DNA of 64,000 nucleotides from an uncultured Flavobacteriales bacterium (GTDB taxonomy: Bacteria > Bacteroidota > Bacteroidia > Flavobacteriales_F > PHOS-HE28), in the NCBI GenBank assembly GCA_937872175.1, contig CALMPI010000041.1:66868-130867 (forward strand). Direction: 5' to 3'. Both the position numbers and the translations under genes were made by a program. Position 1 is the stretch's first letter. Every line of letters begins with the position of its first letter. Shown here piece by piece: positions 39,613-51,572 of this stretch. Under the pieces are notes generated by a model. The model made no database searches and was not told where the DNA came from. It saw only the letters and a program-made list of their open reading frames with translations.

Positions 39613-41037
39613 TCAGAGCGTGAGGGGCAGTCCCTGCAGGATGTCGAGCAGCTTCACCGCGAGCACGTACGTGTACTTGGCCGTGATGCGGTCGGCGGTG
39701 ACGCGCTGCAGGTCGTTGCGGGCAGTGTTCAGCTCCAGCGCGTTGGTGGCCCCCTGCTCGAAGCGGGCCTCGGCGAAGCGAAGGTTCTCCTCGGCCGCCT
39801 CCACGCTTCGTTGCGCGGCCTGGTATTGCTGGTAGGCGGCGCGCTGGGCCAGGATGGCGTCCTGCACATCGCGGCGGCGGCGGTCGCGCACGTTCACCAC
39901 CTCCAGCTCCGCCCGCTCCTGCTGGATCCGGGCCTGGCTGACGGCCAGTTCGGTGCGGCGGTTGTTGAAGATGGGAAGCGATAGGGTGAGCCCGAGGGAT
40001 TCGTTGAGGTTGTCGTCCAATTGCTTGCCGAAGGGCCGCACCTGGGTCTCATAGTCCACGTTGGGCACGAAGACGGCCTCATTGCTCTCGGTGAAGCCGA
40101 TCTGCTCGGGAGGGCCGACGATGGGATCGCCGATGGCCTCGAAGTTCCGACCGGAGTATCCGGTGCCGGCCGAGGCGTTGAAGGAGAGCACCGGATAGCT
40201 GCCGGCCCGGGCGATGGCCACGCCGCGCTCGGCGCTCGAGGCGCGCAGCTCGGCCTGGCGGTACAAGGGGTCCTGCGCGAGCACGGCCGCCAGCACGGTC
40301 TCCACGTCGGCGGTCGGCTCGGCCACGTTCATGGCGGAGAGCGCGGGACCGGACACGGAGAAGGCGCGCAGCTCCTCGGACGAGAGCTGAAGGGTCTGGG
40401 CCAGCTGCAGGAGCGCCTGCTCCCGTCGGTTGCGCAGGTCCACCAGGGTGAACTCCTGCTGGGCCTGCTGGGAGCGGAGGTTGATCAGCTCGGACCGGGC
40501 GTTCCGCCCGGCGTCCACCAGGGCCTGCATGCGCTCGGTCTGCTGCGTGGTGCTGGCCAGCTGGGCCTCGGCCGCACGGATGCGCTCCTCGGCGCTGAGC
40601 ACCTCGATGAACTGGCGGGCCACGGTGGTGCGCACATCGTTCCGCACCGCATCACCAGCCTCCTGGGCGGACTGCAGGTCAAGCCCTGCGCGGCGGCGTT
40701 CGTTGTGCAGCCGGAGCCCGTTGAACACGGTGAGGTCGCTGCTCAGGAAGAAGTTGTTGGTGCGCACCCGGTCGGTGGCGAAGGTGTTGGTGAAGCGATC
40801 GATCACCCGGCCGTAGTTGTAGCCGTGGGTGGCCCCGCCGTTCAGGTCGGGGAAGAAGCTCCAGAACGACTGTTCCCGTGCGCGGTCGGCGAGCTCGGTA
40901 TCGAGCAGGGCGCCGCGCAGGGTGAGGTTCCGCTCCTCGGCACGCGCGACGCACTGCTCAAGGGTCCAGGCGGATTGGGCGTGCGCCATGTGCACGACCA
41001 GCAGAAGCAACGGGGCGATGGATCGCATGTCCGCCAC
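39613..41037 (-). CDS. TolC-family outer membrane efflux protein
   Basis: Signal peptide, two repeated alpha/beta TolC halves, 474 aa. Confidence 0.85.
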   Translation of the reverse strand: MADMRSIAPLLLLVVHMAHAQSAWTLEQCVARAEERNLTLRGALLDTELADRAREQSFWSFFPDLNGGATHGYNYGRVIDRFTNTFATDRVRTNNFFLSSDLTVFNGLRLHNERRRAGLDLQSAQEAGDAVRNDVRTTVARQFIEVLSAEERIRAAEAQLASTTQQTERMQALVDAGRNARSELINLRSQQAQQEFTLVDLRNRREQALLQLAQTLQLSSEELRAFSVSGPALSAMNVAEPTADVETVLAAVLAQDPLYRQAELRASSAERGVAIARAGSYPVLSFNASAGTGYSGRNFEAIGDPIVGPPEQIGFTESNEAVFVPNVDYETQVRPFGKQLDDNLNESLGLTLSLPIFNNRRTELAVSQARIQQERAELEVVNVRDRRRRDVQDAILAQRAAYQQYQAAQRSVEAAEENLRFAEARFEQGATNALELNTARNDLQRVTADRITAKYTYVLAVKLLDILQGLPLTL

Positions 41038-41069
41038 CCGGCTGCATCGGAACAGCGGGCGGTACGGGC

Positions 41070-41077
41070 AAAAATAC
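41070..41077 (-). promoter_or_regulatory. Bacteroidota -7 element TATTTTTG (exact TAnnTTTG) ~33 nt upstream of the TolC start
   Basis: Minus-strand reading gggTATTTTTGcccgtaccgcccgctgttccgatgcagccgggtggcggacATG. Confidence 0.45.
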
Positions 41078-41142
41078 CCGGGTGGGCCGGGCGGGTCGGG
41101 ACGAACGGATGAACGGTGATGGACCGGGGCGAGCGGTGGGGC

Positions 41143-42402
41143 TCAGTTGCTCACCACCTTCACCTCCACGCGGCGGTTGGCCTCGCTCTCCTCCTTGGTC
41201 TTCGGCTCGGGGAAGAGCATGCGCGAGTTGCCCAGGCCGACATAGGTCACGCGCTCGGGCTCCACGTCGTTCACCATCAGGAAGTCGTAGACCGCCCTGG
41301 CGCGCGCGGCGCTCAGGTCGATGAACTCCTTCTTGTTCTTGAAGGTGGGTCCGTTCACGTGGCCCTCCACCTCGATCCGGAGCCGCGGGTTCTCCTGCAG
41401 GAAACGCAGCAGCAGCAGCAGGGAGGCCTCCGAGGAGCGGAGCACCTTGTCCTCGTTGCCCACGAAGCGGATGTCCTCCAGCACCACATGCTCGCCCGGG
41501 GCGATCGGCGTGAGCTTCAGGTCCACCGTGACGGTGGGCTCCATGCTGCCCTTCACCTTCATCGTGGTGAACATGTAGCCTTCGCGCACGCAGCCGATCT
41601 TCAGGTTGCGGTACATGTCCATATCGAACGTGTACGTGCTCCCGCCCTTGGCCTCCACCACCTTGTCGAACACCATGCCGTCGATGGTGAGGCTCGCGTC
41701 CACGGGTTTGCCGCTTTTTACATCGGTGACGTTGATGACAACTTGCTGCTTCTGTGTGGACCTTTCCTCCACCACCGGCTTCGGCGGCGGGTCGTAGTGG
41801 AAGTGGATCGTGTAGCCGGCCAGCGGACGGTCCTGATAGTCGACGACCAGATAGAACAGGTCGCCCTCCTTCACCTCGATGGCACGGCTGTAGCTCGCGC
41901 CCACACCGGAGCGCACGAAGTCCTCGGTCGCGTCCTTGCTGAGTCCGCAGCGGCTGCCGAGCGAAGGGTCGTTGCGGCTGATGTTCGAGCGTACCGGTTG
42001 CACCTGGCGGCTCGGGATCTTGTCGCAGATGCCCGGGATGGCCCCCTCGAAGAGCAGGAAGTCGATGTCGTCCTCGGGGTTGTCCGGGATGATGTCGAAG
42101 GTGAGCGTGGTGGTCACCGGGCTCCTGAACTTGTACCAGGTGCTGTGGTGTTCGCGCTCAAGCCATTGCAGGTGGTCCACCGGGTTCTCCTTGATCTCCA
42201 GCTTGTTGCCGAAACCGCGCACGGCATCGGGCTGGTGGAACACGGAATCGGCGATGGGGATGGCCCCGGTGCAGTCCCCGTTCTCCTGCGTGAGCCGCGG
42301 GTTCTGCTGCGCCTGGACCGCGGTCACGGTCAGGCCCAAGCCCAAGAGGAACAGGATGCGGATGGTTCGCACGGGACCTGCATACGCAGGGACCCTGACC
42401 AA
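41143..42402 (-). CDS. OmpA-family protein (C-terminal peptidoglycan-binding OmpA domain)
   Basis: C-terminal LRIEVEGHVNGPTFKNKKEFIDLSAARARAVYDFL...NRRVEVKVV is an OmpA_C-like signature; N-terminal signal peptide. Confidence 0.8.
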   Translation of the reverse strand: MVRVPAYAGPVRTIRILFLLGLGLTVTAVQAQQNPRLTQENGDCTGAIPIADSVFHQPDAVRGFGNKLEIKENPVDHLQWLEREHHSTWYKFRSPVTTTLTFDIIPDNPEDDIDFLLFEGAIPGICDKIPSRQVQPVRSNISRNDPSLGSRCGLSKDATEDFVRSGVGASYSRAIEVKEGDLFYLVVDYQDRPLAGYTIHFHYDPPPKPVVEERSTQKQQVVINVTDVKSGKPVDASLTIDGMVFDKVVEAKGGSTYTFDMDMYRNLKIGCVREGYMFTTMKVKGSMEPTVTVDLKLTPIAPGEHVVLEDIRFVGNEDKVLRSSEASLLLLLRFLQENPRLRIEVEGHVNGPTFKNKKEFIDLSAARARAVYDFLMVNDVEPERVTYVGLGNSRMLFPEPKTKEESEANRRVEVKVVSN

Positions 42403-42405
42403 GGT

Positions 42406-45144
<2,739 letters not shown>

Positions 45145-45202
45145 GTCAGTTCTTATTCACCACAGAGACACTGAGGAATACCGGGGCGCTAGCCATTCTA
45201 AT

Positions 45203-45925
45203 TCAACGTGGTTTCCAGAAGATCCACTGTTGAACATCCTTGACAGGTGCACAGCGCGTGTTCCACTTCCGAATGCTCTCTTGGAATAACTCGAAGCTCT
45301 GGTCGGGTAATGGAGAGCGGAGCTGAGCAAATGGAACGCTTACCCTCCGTGATTCCACCGCACAATCGGCACTGATGTCGAAAACGACCAAGGCACTATC
45401 GGCAAGAACATTTTCAACATCCGTTTCAAAGACCTCCACTTCAGCTGTTCGGACCATCATCCTCGAGAGCGACGTGTCAACGCTACCGACTTCTCGAGGG
45501 AATGAGAACATCACTGAAGCACGAGTCTTACGAGCCTGCCATCGCGCCGGATCTCGAACCAAGTCGATAGCATAGTGCTCTCCGTCATTTAGAACGACAC
45601 CGGTATCGAGGTACAGTGCCATACACTCTGTGTGATCGGTGTATGCGCGAATGCTAACTGAGCGTCCTTCGAAGGCTGATCTCGAGAGCTTCATTTTCAC
45701 CGTGCGCCAATCTCCTAATCCGGTTGAGGTTTGTGCTTTCCGTTCACCACGGATCTTATTCTCACGTGCATTGTCAGTGACGATCTCGATCTGCAGATAA
45801 TCCATGGTCGAATCAGGTTCAGCAGTTACTTCGAACACGATCGTCATGTCGCCCTTCTTCTGGCAGAAGGAAGAGAACGACAGATGTGCCAATAGCGCGA
45901 ACAGAACGAAACGCAGTATCATCAT
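45203..45925 (-). CDS. Hypothetical secreted protein in a low-GC insertion
   Basis: 240 aa, signal peptide MMILRFVLFALLAHLSFSSFCQ; ~50% GC against ~68% in the flanks; no recognisable domain. Confidence 0.55.
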   Translation of the reverse strand: MMILRFVLFALLAHLSFSSFCQKKGDMTIVFEVTAEPDSTMDYLQIEIVTDNARENKIRGERKAQTSTGLGDWRTVKMKLSRSAFEGRSVSIRAYTDHTECMALYLDTGVVLNDGEHYAIDLVRDPARWQARKTRASVMFSFPREVGSVDTSLSRMMVRTAEVEVFETDVENVLADSALVVFDISADCAVESRRVSVPFAQLRSPLPDQSFELFQESIRKWNTRCAPVKDVQQWIFWKPR

Positions 45926-46095
45926 GAACTACGAACGTTCCAACCTGTTTGGGAAGTGTGTATTTCGCGTGAGCGATTGCAGCGGAAAGCCCACAGGCGG
46001 CTGAGGAACGAAGCCGCCGAGGACTTGCAGCGGAAAGCGCGACCCGAGGCGCATTTGGTCGAGGGACACGCCCAAAGAACCACCGAGAGAATTGT

Positions 46096-47097
46096 TCATG
46101 CGTCTACTGTTATTGTCCGTGGTGCGTGTCTGGTCGCCTCCTTCGCCAGCGCCGCGATATGCTCGGGCGTCGTCCCACAGCATCCGCCCACCACGTTCAC
46201 CCAGCCGTTGGCCATGAACTCGCCTACGAGGCGCGCGGTGACATCCGGCGTTTCACGGTACTCGCCCATCTGGTCGGGCAGGCCGGCGTTGGGGTAGATG
46301 CTGACGCGGCAGGGGCTCTGCTCGGCGATCACTTCCAGGTAGGGCCGCATCTGGGCCGCGCCCAATGCGCAGTTGAGGCCCATGCTGAAGAGCGGCACGT
46401 GCTGCATGCTGATGAGGAAGGCCTCGATGGTCTGGCCGCTGAGCGTGCGCCCGCTGGCATCGGTGATGGTGACGCTGCACATGAGCGGAACACGGGTGCC
46501 CCGTGCTTCGAAGACCTCCTCGATGGCGTAGAAGGCGGCCTTGGCGTTGAGCGTGTCGAAGATGGTCTCCACCAGCAGTAGGTCCACGCCGCCATCGAGC
46601 AGCGCCTCCACTTGTTCCTTGTAGGCGGCCACGAGCTGATCGAAGGTGACGGCGCGGTAACCGGGGTCGTTCACATCGGGACTGAGCGAGGCGGTCTTGT
46701 TCATGGGACCGATGGCACCGGCCACGAAGCGCGGCTTGCTGGGGTCCTTCTTCGTGAACGCATCACAGGCCTCGCGGGCCAGGCGCGCGGAGGCGAGGTT
46801 CATCTCGCGCACAAGATGCCCACACTCGTGCTCGGCTTGCGCGATGCTCGTGGCGCTGAAGGTGTTCGTCTCCACGATGTCGGCGCCCGCCTCCAGGTAT
46901 TGCTCGTGGATGCGCTTGATCGCTTCGGGGCGCGAGAGCGAGAGCAGTTCGTTGTTGCCCTTGAGCAGGATCTTGTGGTCCTCCATGCCCTTGGGATGGA
47001 AGTCCTCCTCGGTGAGGCCGAGGCGCTGGATCATGGTGCCCATGGCGCCGTCGAGGACGAGGATGCGCTGGGCGGCGATGCGTTCGAGGTCTGTCAT
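46096..47097 (-). CDS. Homocysteine S-methyltransferase domain protein (separately encoded MetH N-terminal module)
   Basis: Start MTDLERIAAQRILVLDGAMGTMIQ; Zn-binding Cys pattern (...GGCCGTTP). The long N-terminal extension in the ORF track (GEW repeats) is untranslated leader. Confidence 0.85.
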   Translation of the reverse strand: MTDLERIAAQRILVLDGAMGTMIQRLGLTEEDFHPKGMEDHKILLKGNNELLSLSRPEAIKRIHEQYLEAGADIVETNTFSATSIAQAEHECGHLVREMNLASARLAREACDAFTKKDPSKPRFVAGAIGPMNKTASLSPDVNDPGYRAVTFDQLVAAYKEQVEALLDGGVDLLLVETIFDTLNAKAAFYAIEEVFEARGTRVPLMCSVTITDASGRTLSGQTIEAFLISMQHVPLFSMGLNCALGAAQMRPYLEVIAEQSPCRVSIYPNAGLPDQMGEYRETPDVTARLVGEFMANGWVNVVGGCCGTTPEHIAALAKEATRHAPRTITVDA

Positions 47098-47134
47098 CAG
47101 GTCACAAATAGGCGTGCTTTCCGGTCGCTTACCA

Positions 47135-47228
47135 AGGGTGAATGGGAGTTGGTGAATGGTGAATGGGACTGAGCGCTTCGGCGATGGGGGCTCCCCATTC
47201 ACCATCGACCATTCGCCATTCACCACAC
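47135..47228. repeat. ~95-bp imperfect palindrome built from GGTGAATGG / CCATTCACC units in the metH leader
   Basis: gggtgaatgggagttggtgaatggtgaatggg ...loop... ccccattcaccatcgaccattcgccattcacc; lies between the riboswitch terminator and the metH-N start codon. Confidence 0.5.
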
Positions 47229-47230
47229 CC

Positions 47231-47266
47231 AAAAAGAAAAGCCCCACCCGATGGACCGGATGAGGC
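47231..47266 (-). terminator. Intrinsic terminator (expression platform of the SAM riboswitch)
   Basis: Minus-strand RNA GCCUCAUCCG-GUCCAU-CGGGUGGGGC followed by UUUUCUUUUU. Confidence 0.6.
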
Positions 47267-47299
47267 TGCATGGCTCCCGAAGGAGGATCGCTACCTGAT

Positions 47300-47416
47300 C
47301 ACGGCTCATCTCTCCCACCATGATGGCGGGCTGGATTTAGCACCTACCCAGTGGTTGCCCACCGGACGGTTGCCAAGGCTTCACAGGGCCAGTCCCTCTG
47401 CCTTTCTGGATAAGCG
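47300..47416 (-). ncRNA. SAM-I (S-box) riboswitch
   Basis: Minus-strand CUUAUCCAGAAAGGCAGAGGGACUGGCCCUGUGAAGCCUUGGCAACC...GGUAGGUGCUAAAUCCAGC...GGGAGAGAUGAGCC matches the S-box consensus (GAGGGAcuGGCCC.UGAa.CC..GCAACC ... GGUGCuAAaUCCaGC ... AGAUGAG). Confidence 0.75.
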
Positions 47417-47430
47417 ATGGAAAGAACGTG

Positions 47431-47443
47431 GCGCGAAGATAGC
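47431..47443 (-). promoter_or_regulatory. Promoter motif GCTATCTTCGCGC immediately upstream of the S-box riboswitch
   Basis: Reverse complement of gcgcgaagatagc; the same motif recurs upstream of trpS, gpmI and the 3874 gene. Confidence 0.45.
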
Positions 47444-47453
47444 GGCAGAAGGT

Positions 47454-49529
47454 TCAGCGCCCCCCACCGATGTGCTTCTCCAACCACCCGAACACCTCCG
47501 CATGCCATTGCATGGAGTTCTGCGGCTTCAGCACCCAGTGGTTCTCGTCGGGGAAGCGCAGGTACTTGCTCTCGATGCCCTTGGCCTGGCAGGCGGTGAA
47601 GCTGCCGATGCCCTGCATGAGCGGCACGCGGAAGTCCTTGTCGCCGTGGATGACGAGCATGGGGACGCGCCATTTCTCGGCGTGGAGCAGCGGATTGAAC
47701 TGCTCATAGTTGGCCGGCTTGGTGAACACGCTGCCGCCGTTCTCCCAGTCGGTGAACCAGAGCTCCTCGGTGCTGTAGCCCATGGCGCGCGTGTCGAAGA
47801 TGCCGCAGTGCGACACCAGCGCCTTGAAGGGCTCGTTCCACACGCCGGCGATCCAGTTGATCATGTAGCCGCCGTAGCTCGCACCCAGCGCTGCCACGTT
47901 GCCGCCATCGAGGAAGGGGTATTTGCCCAACGCGAAGGCCAGGCCCTTCTGCAGGTCCTCCAACGGAAGATCGCCCCAGTGCTCGTTGATGGCGTCGGTG
48001 AAGGCCTGGCCGTAGCCGGTGCTGCCGTGGAAGTCGATCATCACCACGGCGAAGCCCTGGCCCGCGTAGGTCTGGGGGTTCCAGCGGTAGCTCCAACTGT
48101 CGCCAAAGCTGCCCTGCGGACCGCCGTGGATGAGGAAGGCCACCGGGTACTTCTTTCCTTCCACGTAGTTCGCAGGCTTCAACACGTAGCCGTAGACGGT
48201 CTCGTTGTTCCAGCCGGGGAAGCTGAACTGCTCGTAGGCGCCGAAGGCCTTGTCCTTCAGCGAGGCGTTCACCTGCGATAGCACCGTAGCGCCCTGGTCG
48301 ATGAGTTTGGACTTTGGCGCGCTGGCGTAGAGCTGGGCCGGACCGCTGAGCCCGCTCTTCTGGAACACGAAGCCCTTGGGCGTTTCCGCGAAGGCATCCA
48401 TGTGAGCGTCGGTGCTCAGGGGCGTGACGGTGCTGGTCTTGAGGTCGATGCGGAAGAGGCGGTGCTTGCCGATGTCGTCGGCGGTGACGAGCAGGCTCTT
48501 GCCATCGCGGCTCCAGGCCAGGCTGGCGGCGCTGCGGTCCCAAGTGGTGGCCACGTCGGATACCGCGCCGGTGGCCAGGTCCATCACCTTCAGCTGGAAG
48601 CGGTCGGCCTCGTAGCCCGGGCGCTTCATGGCCTTGTAGGCGAGCTTGGTGCCGTCGGGCGAAATCACGGGCGATGCGTCCCACGCGGGATTGCTGGCGG
48701 TGAGGTTCTTCGGGGCGCCTCCTGTCACCGGCACACTGTAGAGGTCGAAGTTGGTGCTCCACGGCTCGGTCCTACCCGCGACGCGGGCGCTGAAGTACAC
48801 GGTGCGGCCATCCTTGCCGATCGCGAAGTCTTCGTTGCCGCCGAACGGCTTGGACGGCACATCACCATCAAAGCCGGACATCAAAGGCACGGGCTGGGCG
48901 TTCGGCTCCTTCAGCGAGAGGTAGTAGAGGTGGTTGCGGGTGCCGTCCTTCCATGTGTCCCAATGGCGCATGAAAATGCGGTCGTATACCTGGCCGGTGC
49001 TCTTCACGCCTTCCTGTGCCTGCATGCGCTCCACGGTGCAGGCGATGGCGTCATCGCATTCCGGGAACACGGCCAGGGCCACCACCAGGCCGGAGCCATC
49101 CGGTGCCACGCGGTAGGCCTGCACATCCAGCGGCAGGAAGGTGATCTGCTCGGCCGCCTTGCCAGGGGCGTCGGCCTTCCACACCTGCGTGAGGCCTGCA
49201 TCCCCGCGGGCGCTCAGGAAGTAGAAACCCGACCGGTCACCCGACCACTGGATGTCACCGGCGCCCCCTTCACCGGCAGGCACCTTCACCTCGGGCTTCT
49301 TCAGGTCCGCCAGGTCCTTCATCCACAGCGTGCTCACCCCACGGTTCGCCTCCATATCGGTGGCGCGCGCGGAAAAGAGCGCGGTGGTGCCGGCGGGATC
49401 CACGGCCAGGCCGCCGATGCGGTCGAGCATCAGCATGTCGGAGTAGGTGAAGGGGGCCTTCTGCTGGGCGGTGGTGGCGAGCGCCACGAGCAGACCTGCG
49501 GCGATGGAGAGGGGACGACGGTGCATCAT
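47454..49529 (-). CDS. S9-family serine peptidase (prolyl oligopeptidase / acylaminoacyl-peptidase type) with an N-terminal beta-propeller
   Basis: GASYGGYM (GxSxGG nucleophile elbow), HGDKDFRVP, signal peptide MMHRRPLSIAAGLLVALATTAQQ. Confidence 0.85.
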   Translation of the reverse strand: MMHRRPLSIAAGLLVALATTAQQKAPFTYSDMLMLDRIGGLAVDPAGTTALFSARATDMEANRGVSTLWMKDLADLKKPEVKVPAGEGGAGDIQWSGDRSGFYFLSARGDAGLTQVWKADAPGKAAEQITFLPLDVQAYRVAPDGSGLVVALAVFPECDDAIACTVERMQAQEGVKSTGQVYDRIFMRHWDTWKDGTRNHLYYLSLKEPNAQPVPLMSGFDGDVPSKPFGGNEDFAIGKDGRTVYFSARVAGRTEPWSTNFDLYSVPVTGGAPKNLTASNPAWDASPVISPDGTKLAYKAMKRPGYEADRFQLKVMDLATGAVSDVATTWDRSAASLAWSRDGKSLLVTADDIGKHRLFRIDLKTSTVTPLSTDAHMDAFAETPKGFVFQKSGLSGPAQLYASAPKSKLIDQGATVLSQVNASLKDKAFGAYEQFSFPGWNNETVYGYVLKPANYVEGKKYPVAFLIHGGPQGSFGDSWSYRWNPQTYAGQGFAVVMIDFHGSTGYGQAFTDAINEHWGDLPLEDLQKGLAFALGKYPFLDGGNVAALGASYGGYMINWIAGVWNEPFKALVSHCGIFDTRAMGYSTEELWFTDWENGGSVFTKPANYEQFNPLLHAEKWRVPMLVIHGDKDFRVPLMQGIGSFTACQAKGIESKYLRFPDENHWVLKPQNSMQWHAEVFGWLEKHIGGGR

Positions 49530-49637
49530 GGTTTCGACCGGGATGGGACGCAATGAACGAAGATCGGCGCTTCGGACCACGCGCATGCCCCAGGACCTTG
49601 ATCCCTTGTGACTTGATCCTTGAAGCTTGAAGCTTGT

Positions 49638-49898
49638 TCAGCCCTGCGCGCCCGCGAACTCCTTGAAGAAGCCCACGATGCGCTTGCGGAACAGAAGGAA
49701 GAGCAACAGGTAAGGCACGGCCATCAGGTAGAGGATGCCCAGGTTGAGGCCACGGCCCACGTTCTGCTCGCCACCGAACGGTTGCTGCTGCCCCTCCACG
49801 GTGGCCTTGCACATGGCACAGCCCTGGGCCAGCCCATCAGCCGGCAGGACCAGCAGCAGGGGCAACAGGAGCAGCAAAGGCCAGGCGCAGCGGAGCAT
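49638..49898 (-). CDS. Small membrane protein (CAMC motif), hypothetical
   Basis: MLRCAWPLLLLLPLLLVLPADGLAQGCAMCK...LGILYLMAVPYLLLFLLF; strong GC3 bias; a TATCTTTG-type element (CCTATCTTTG, minus strand, 49904-49913) lies just upstream. Confidence 0.5.
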   Translation of the reverse strand: MLRCAWPLLLLLPLLLVLPADGLAQGCAMCKATVEGQQQPFGGEQNVGRGLNLGILYLMAVPYLLLFLLFRKRIVGFFKEFAGAQG

Positions 49899-50090
49899 GG
49901 GGCAAAGATAGGCAGGGGCATTGTGCACGGCCACCCGCAGCGCCGCATGCGGCAGGAACCATAAAGCCGGAAGCTTGAAACCGTTCCTCAGATCGATTTG
50001 GCTCTCCGGTTCCGGGCGAATAGCTTCACCGCATCAAACGACCGGACCATGCGCACACACGCCCGTTGTGCGCGGCGTTCGGCGGACCGA

Positions 50091-51572
50091 ATGGGGGGGG
50101 GTATTGGAGGTGGAAGTCCGCTGATCCTCGCGCTTGTTTTCGCGATCCCTGAAGGGATGAGCGCCCAAGCCCTCAGTGTACAGCTCGACCCCAGCGACCA
50201 CAACGGCTTCGCCATCTCCTGCTTCGGCGGGAGGGATGGGAGCATCGACCTCACGGTTTCCGGCGGCACACCGCCCTACACCTACGAGTGGAGCACGGGT
50301 GCCAATACCCAGGACATCTCCGGCGTGGCCGCAGGGTACTACCGCGTGGCGGTATAAGACAGCGACACGGCCTATGTGGAACGGGAGATCACCCTGAGCG
50401 AGCCGGAACTCTTGGTGGGGACAGCCACGGCCTTCGAATACCCGAACGACTTCAACGTGAGCTGCCACTCGTGCTACAACGGCAGCATCGATGCGGGGGC
50501 CATCGGTGGTGTGGCGCCGTACAGTTACGAATGGAGGGACGGCTCCACCGTGGAGGATCGCAGCGGACTGGGCGCGCGGGACTACACCGTGGTGGTGCGC
50601 GATGCCAACGGCTGCGAGGCGGCCGGCATCACCCTGATCCTGCGCGAACCGCAGCGGAACGACTGGACCATGACCGGGAATGCGGGCACCATCCCCGGGC
50701 CGCACTACTTCGGTACCAGCGACAACCAGGATGTGGTGTTCAAAAGCAATGGGATGGAGCGACTTCGCTTGTTGGCGAGCGGCGAGGTGAAGATCGCCGG
50801 GCTTGGCGACGGGCTCCTGCGTGCCAGCGGAGGAATAGTATCCGTGGCCTCGATGGGTGGAGAACCGTTCGGTGAGGCTGCCCCGTATTGGTCCACATCC
50901 GGGAACTGGCTCACCGCTGAGCCCGATCAGTTCCTGGGCACCCGGGATGCTCATGCGCTTAGCATCCGTACGAACGATGTTCAGCGCATGCTCGTCACCA
51001 CGGGAGGACAGGTGGGCATTGGGGCCGACCTGAACACCGTACCCGGCCTGCTTACCGTGCGGTCCGGTGCAGGGGAGTGGATCGCGCTGCAGAATGAGGA
51101 CAACGGGCAGGACCTGGGGGCCTGGCACTTCACCAACACAGCGGCCAAGGATCGGCTGCAGATCCGCTATGTGCCTGATGGGCAGAGCGCCACCAGCGAC
51201 GTGAGCCTGTGGAACAACGGCAAGGTGAGCATAGGGCCTGCGGCCGTCGGCACCGACCCCGCCTACCGGCTCTATGTGGAAGGCGGCATCGTGGCCCGCG
51301 ATGTCAAGGTCACCATCCAGCCCTTCCCGGACTACGTGTTCCAGGCGGACCATCCGCTGCGGTCCTTGCCGGAGCTCGCCGCCTACCTGCGCACCCATCA
51401 GCACCTGCCCGGCATGCCCTCGGCCGCTGAAGTGGAGGCCAACGGTGGTGCGGAGATCGGCGACCTTTTCGCCCGGCTGCTGCGCACCGTGGAGGAGCAA
51501 ACGCTGTACATCCTGCAGCTGGAGCAACGCGTGGCCGACCTCGAAGGGCGCACACAACCTGCAGCGCGATGA
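50091..51572 (+). pseudogene. SprB-repeat / tail-fibre-domain protein interrupted by an in-frame TAA (50355-50357)
   Basis: Two SprB repeats (...[28 protein letters not shown]...GYYRVAV*DSD... and ...SCHSCYNGSIDAGAIGGVAPYSYEWRDG...DYTVVVRDANGCE); C-terminal FPDYVFQADHPLRSLPELAAYLRTHQHLPGMPSAAEV...LYILQLEQRVADLEGR is a Bacteroidota tail-fibre domain. Both ORF-track pieces (49998..50357 and 50376..51572) are in the same frame. Confidence 0.6.

Noticed and set aside
45929-46297. 84-aa minus-strand and 113-aa plus-strand ORFs around the low-GC insert boundary
   Set aside because: The 113-aa ORF is antisense to the metH-N 3' end. The 84-aa ORF has no features and lies in the repeat/hairpin-containing junction.
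47135-47228. GGTGAATGG repeats as a possible CRISPR array
   Set aside because: Only an inverted-repeat pair with a single loop, no spacer-repeat periodicity, no cas genes.
46612-47271. ORF-track N-terminal extension of metH-N (GEW-containing) and the 186-aa plus-strand ORF
   Set aside because: They translate the palindromic leader element (GEW/VNGEW from GGTGAATGG). The true start is MTDLERIAA at 47097, downstream of the riboswitch.
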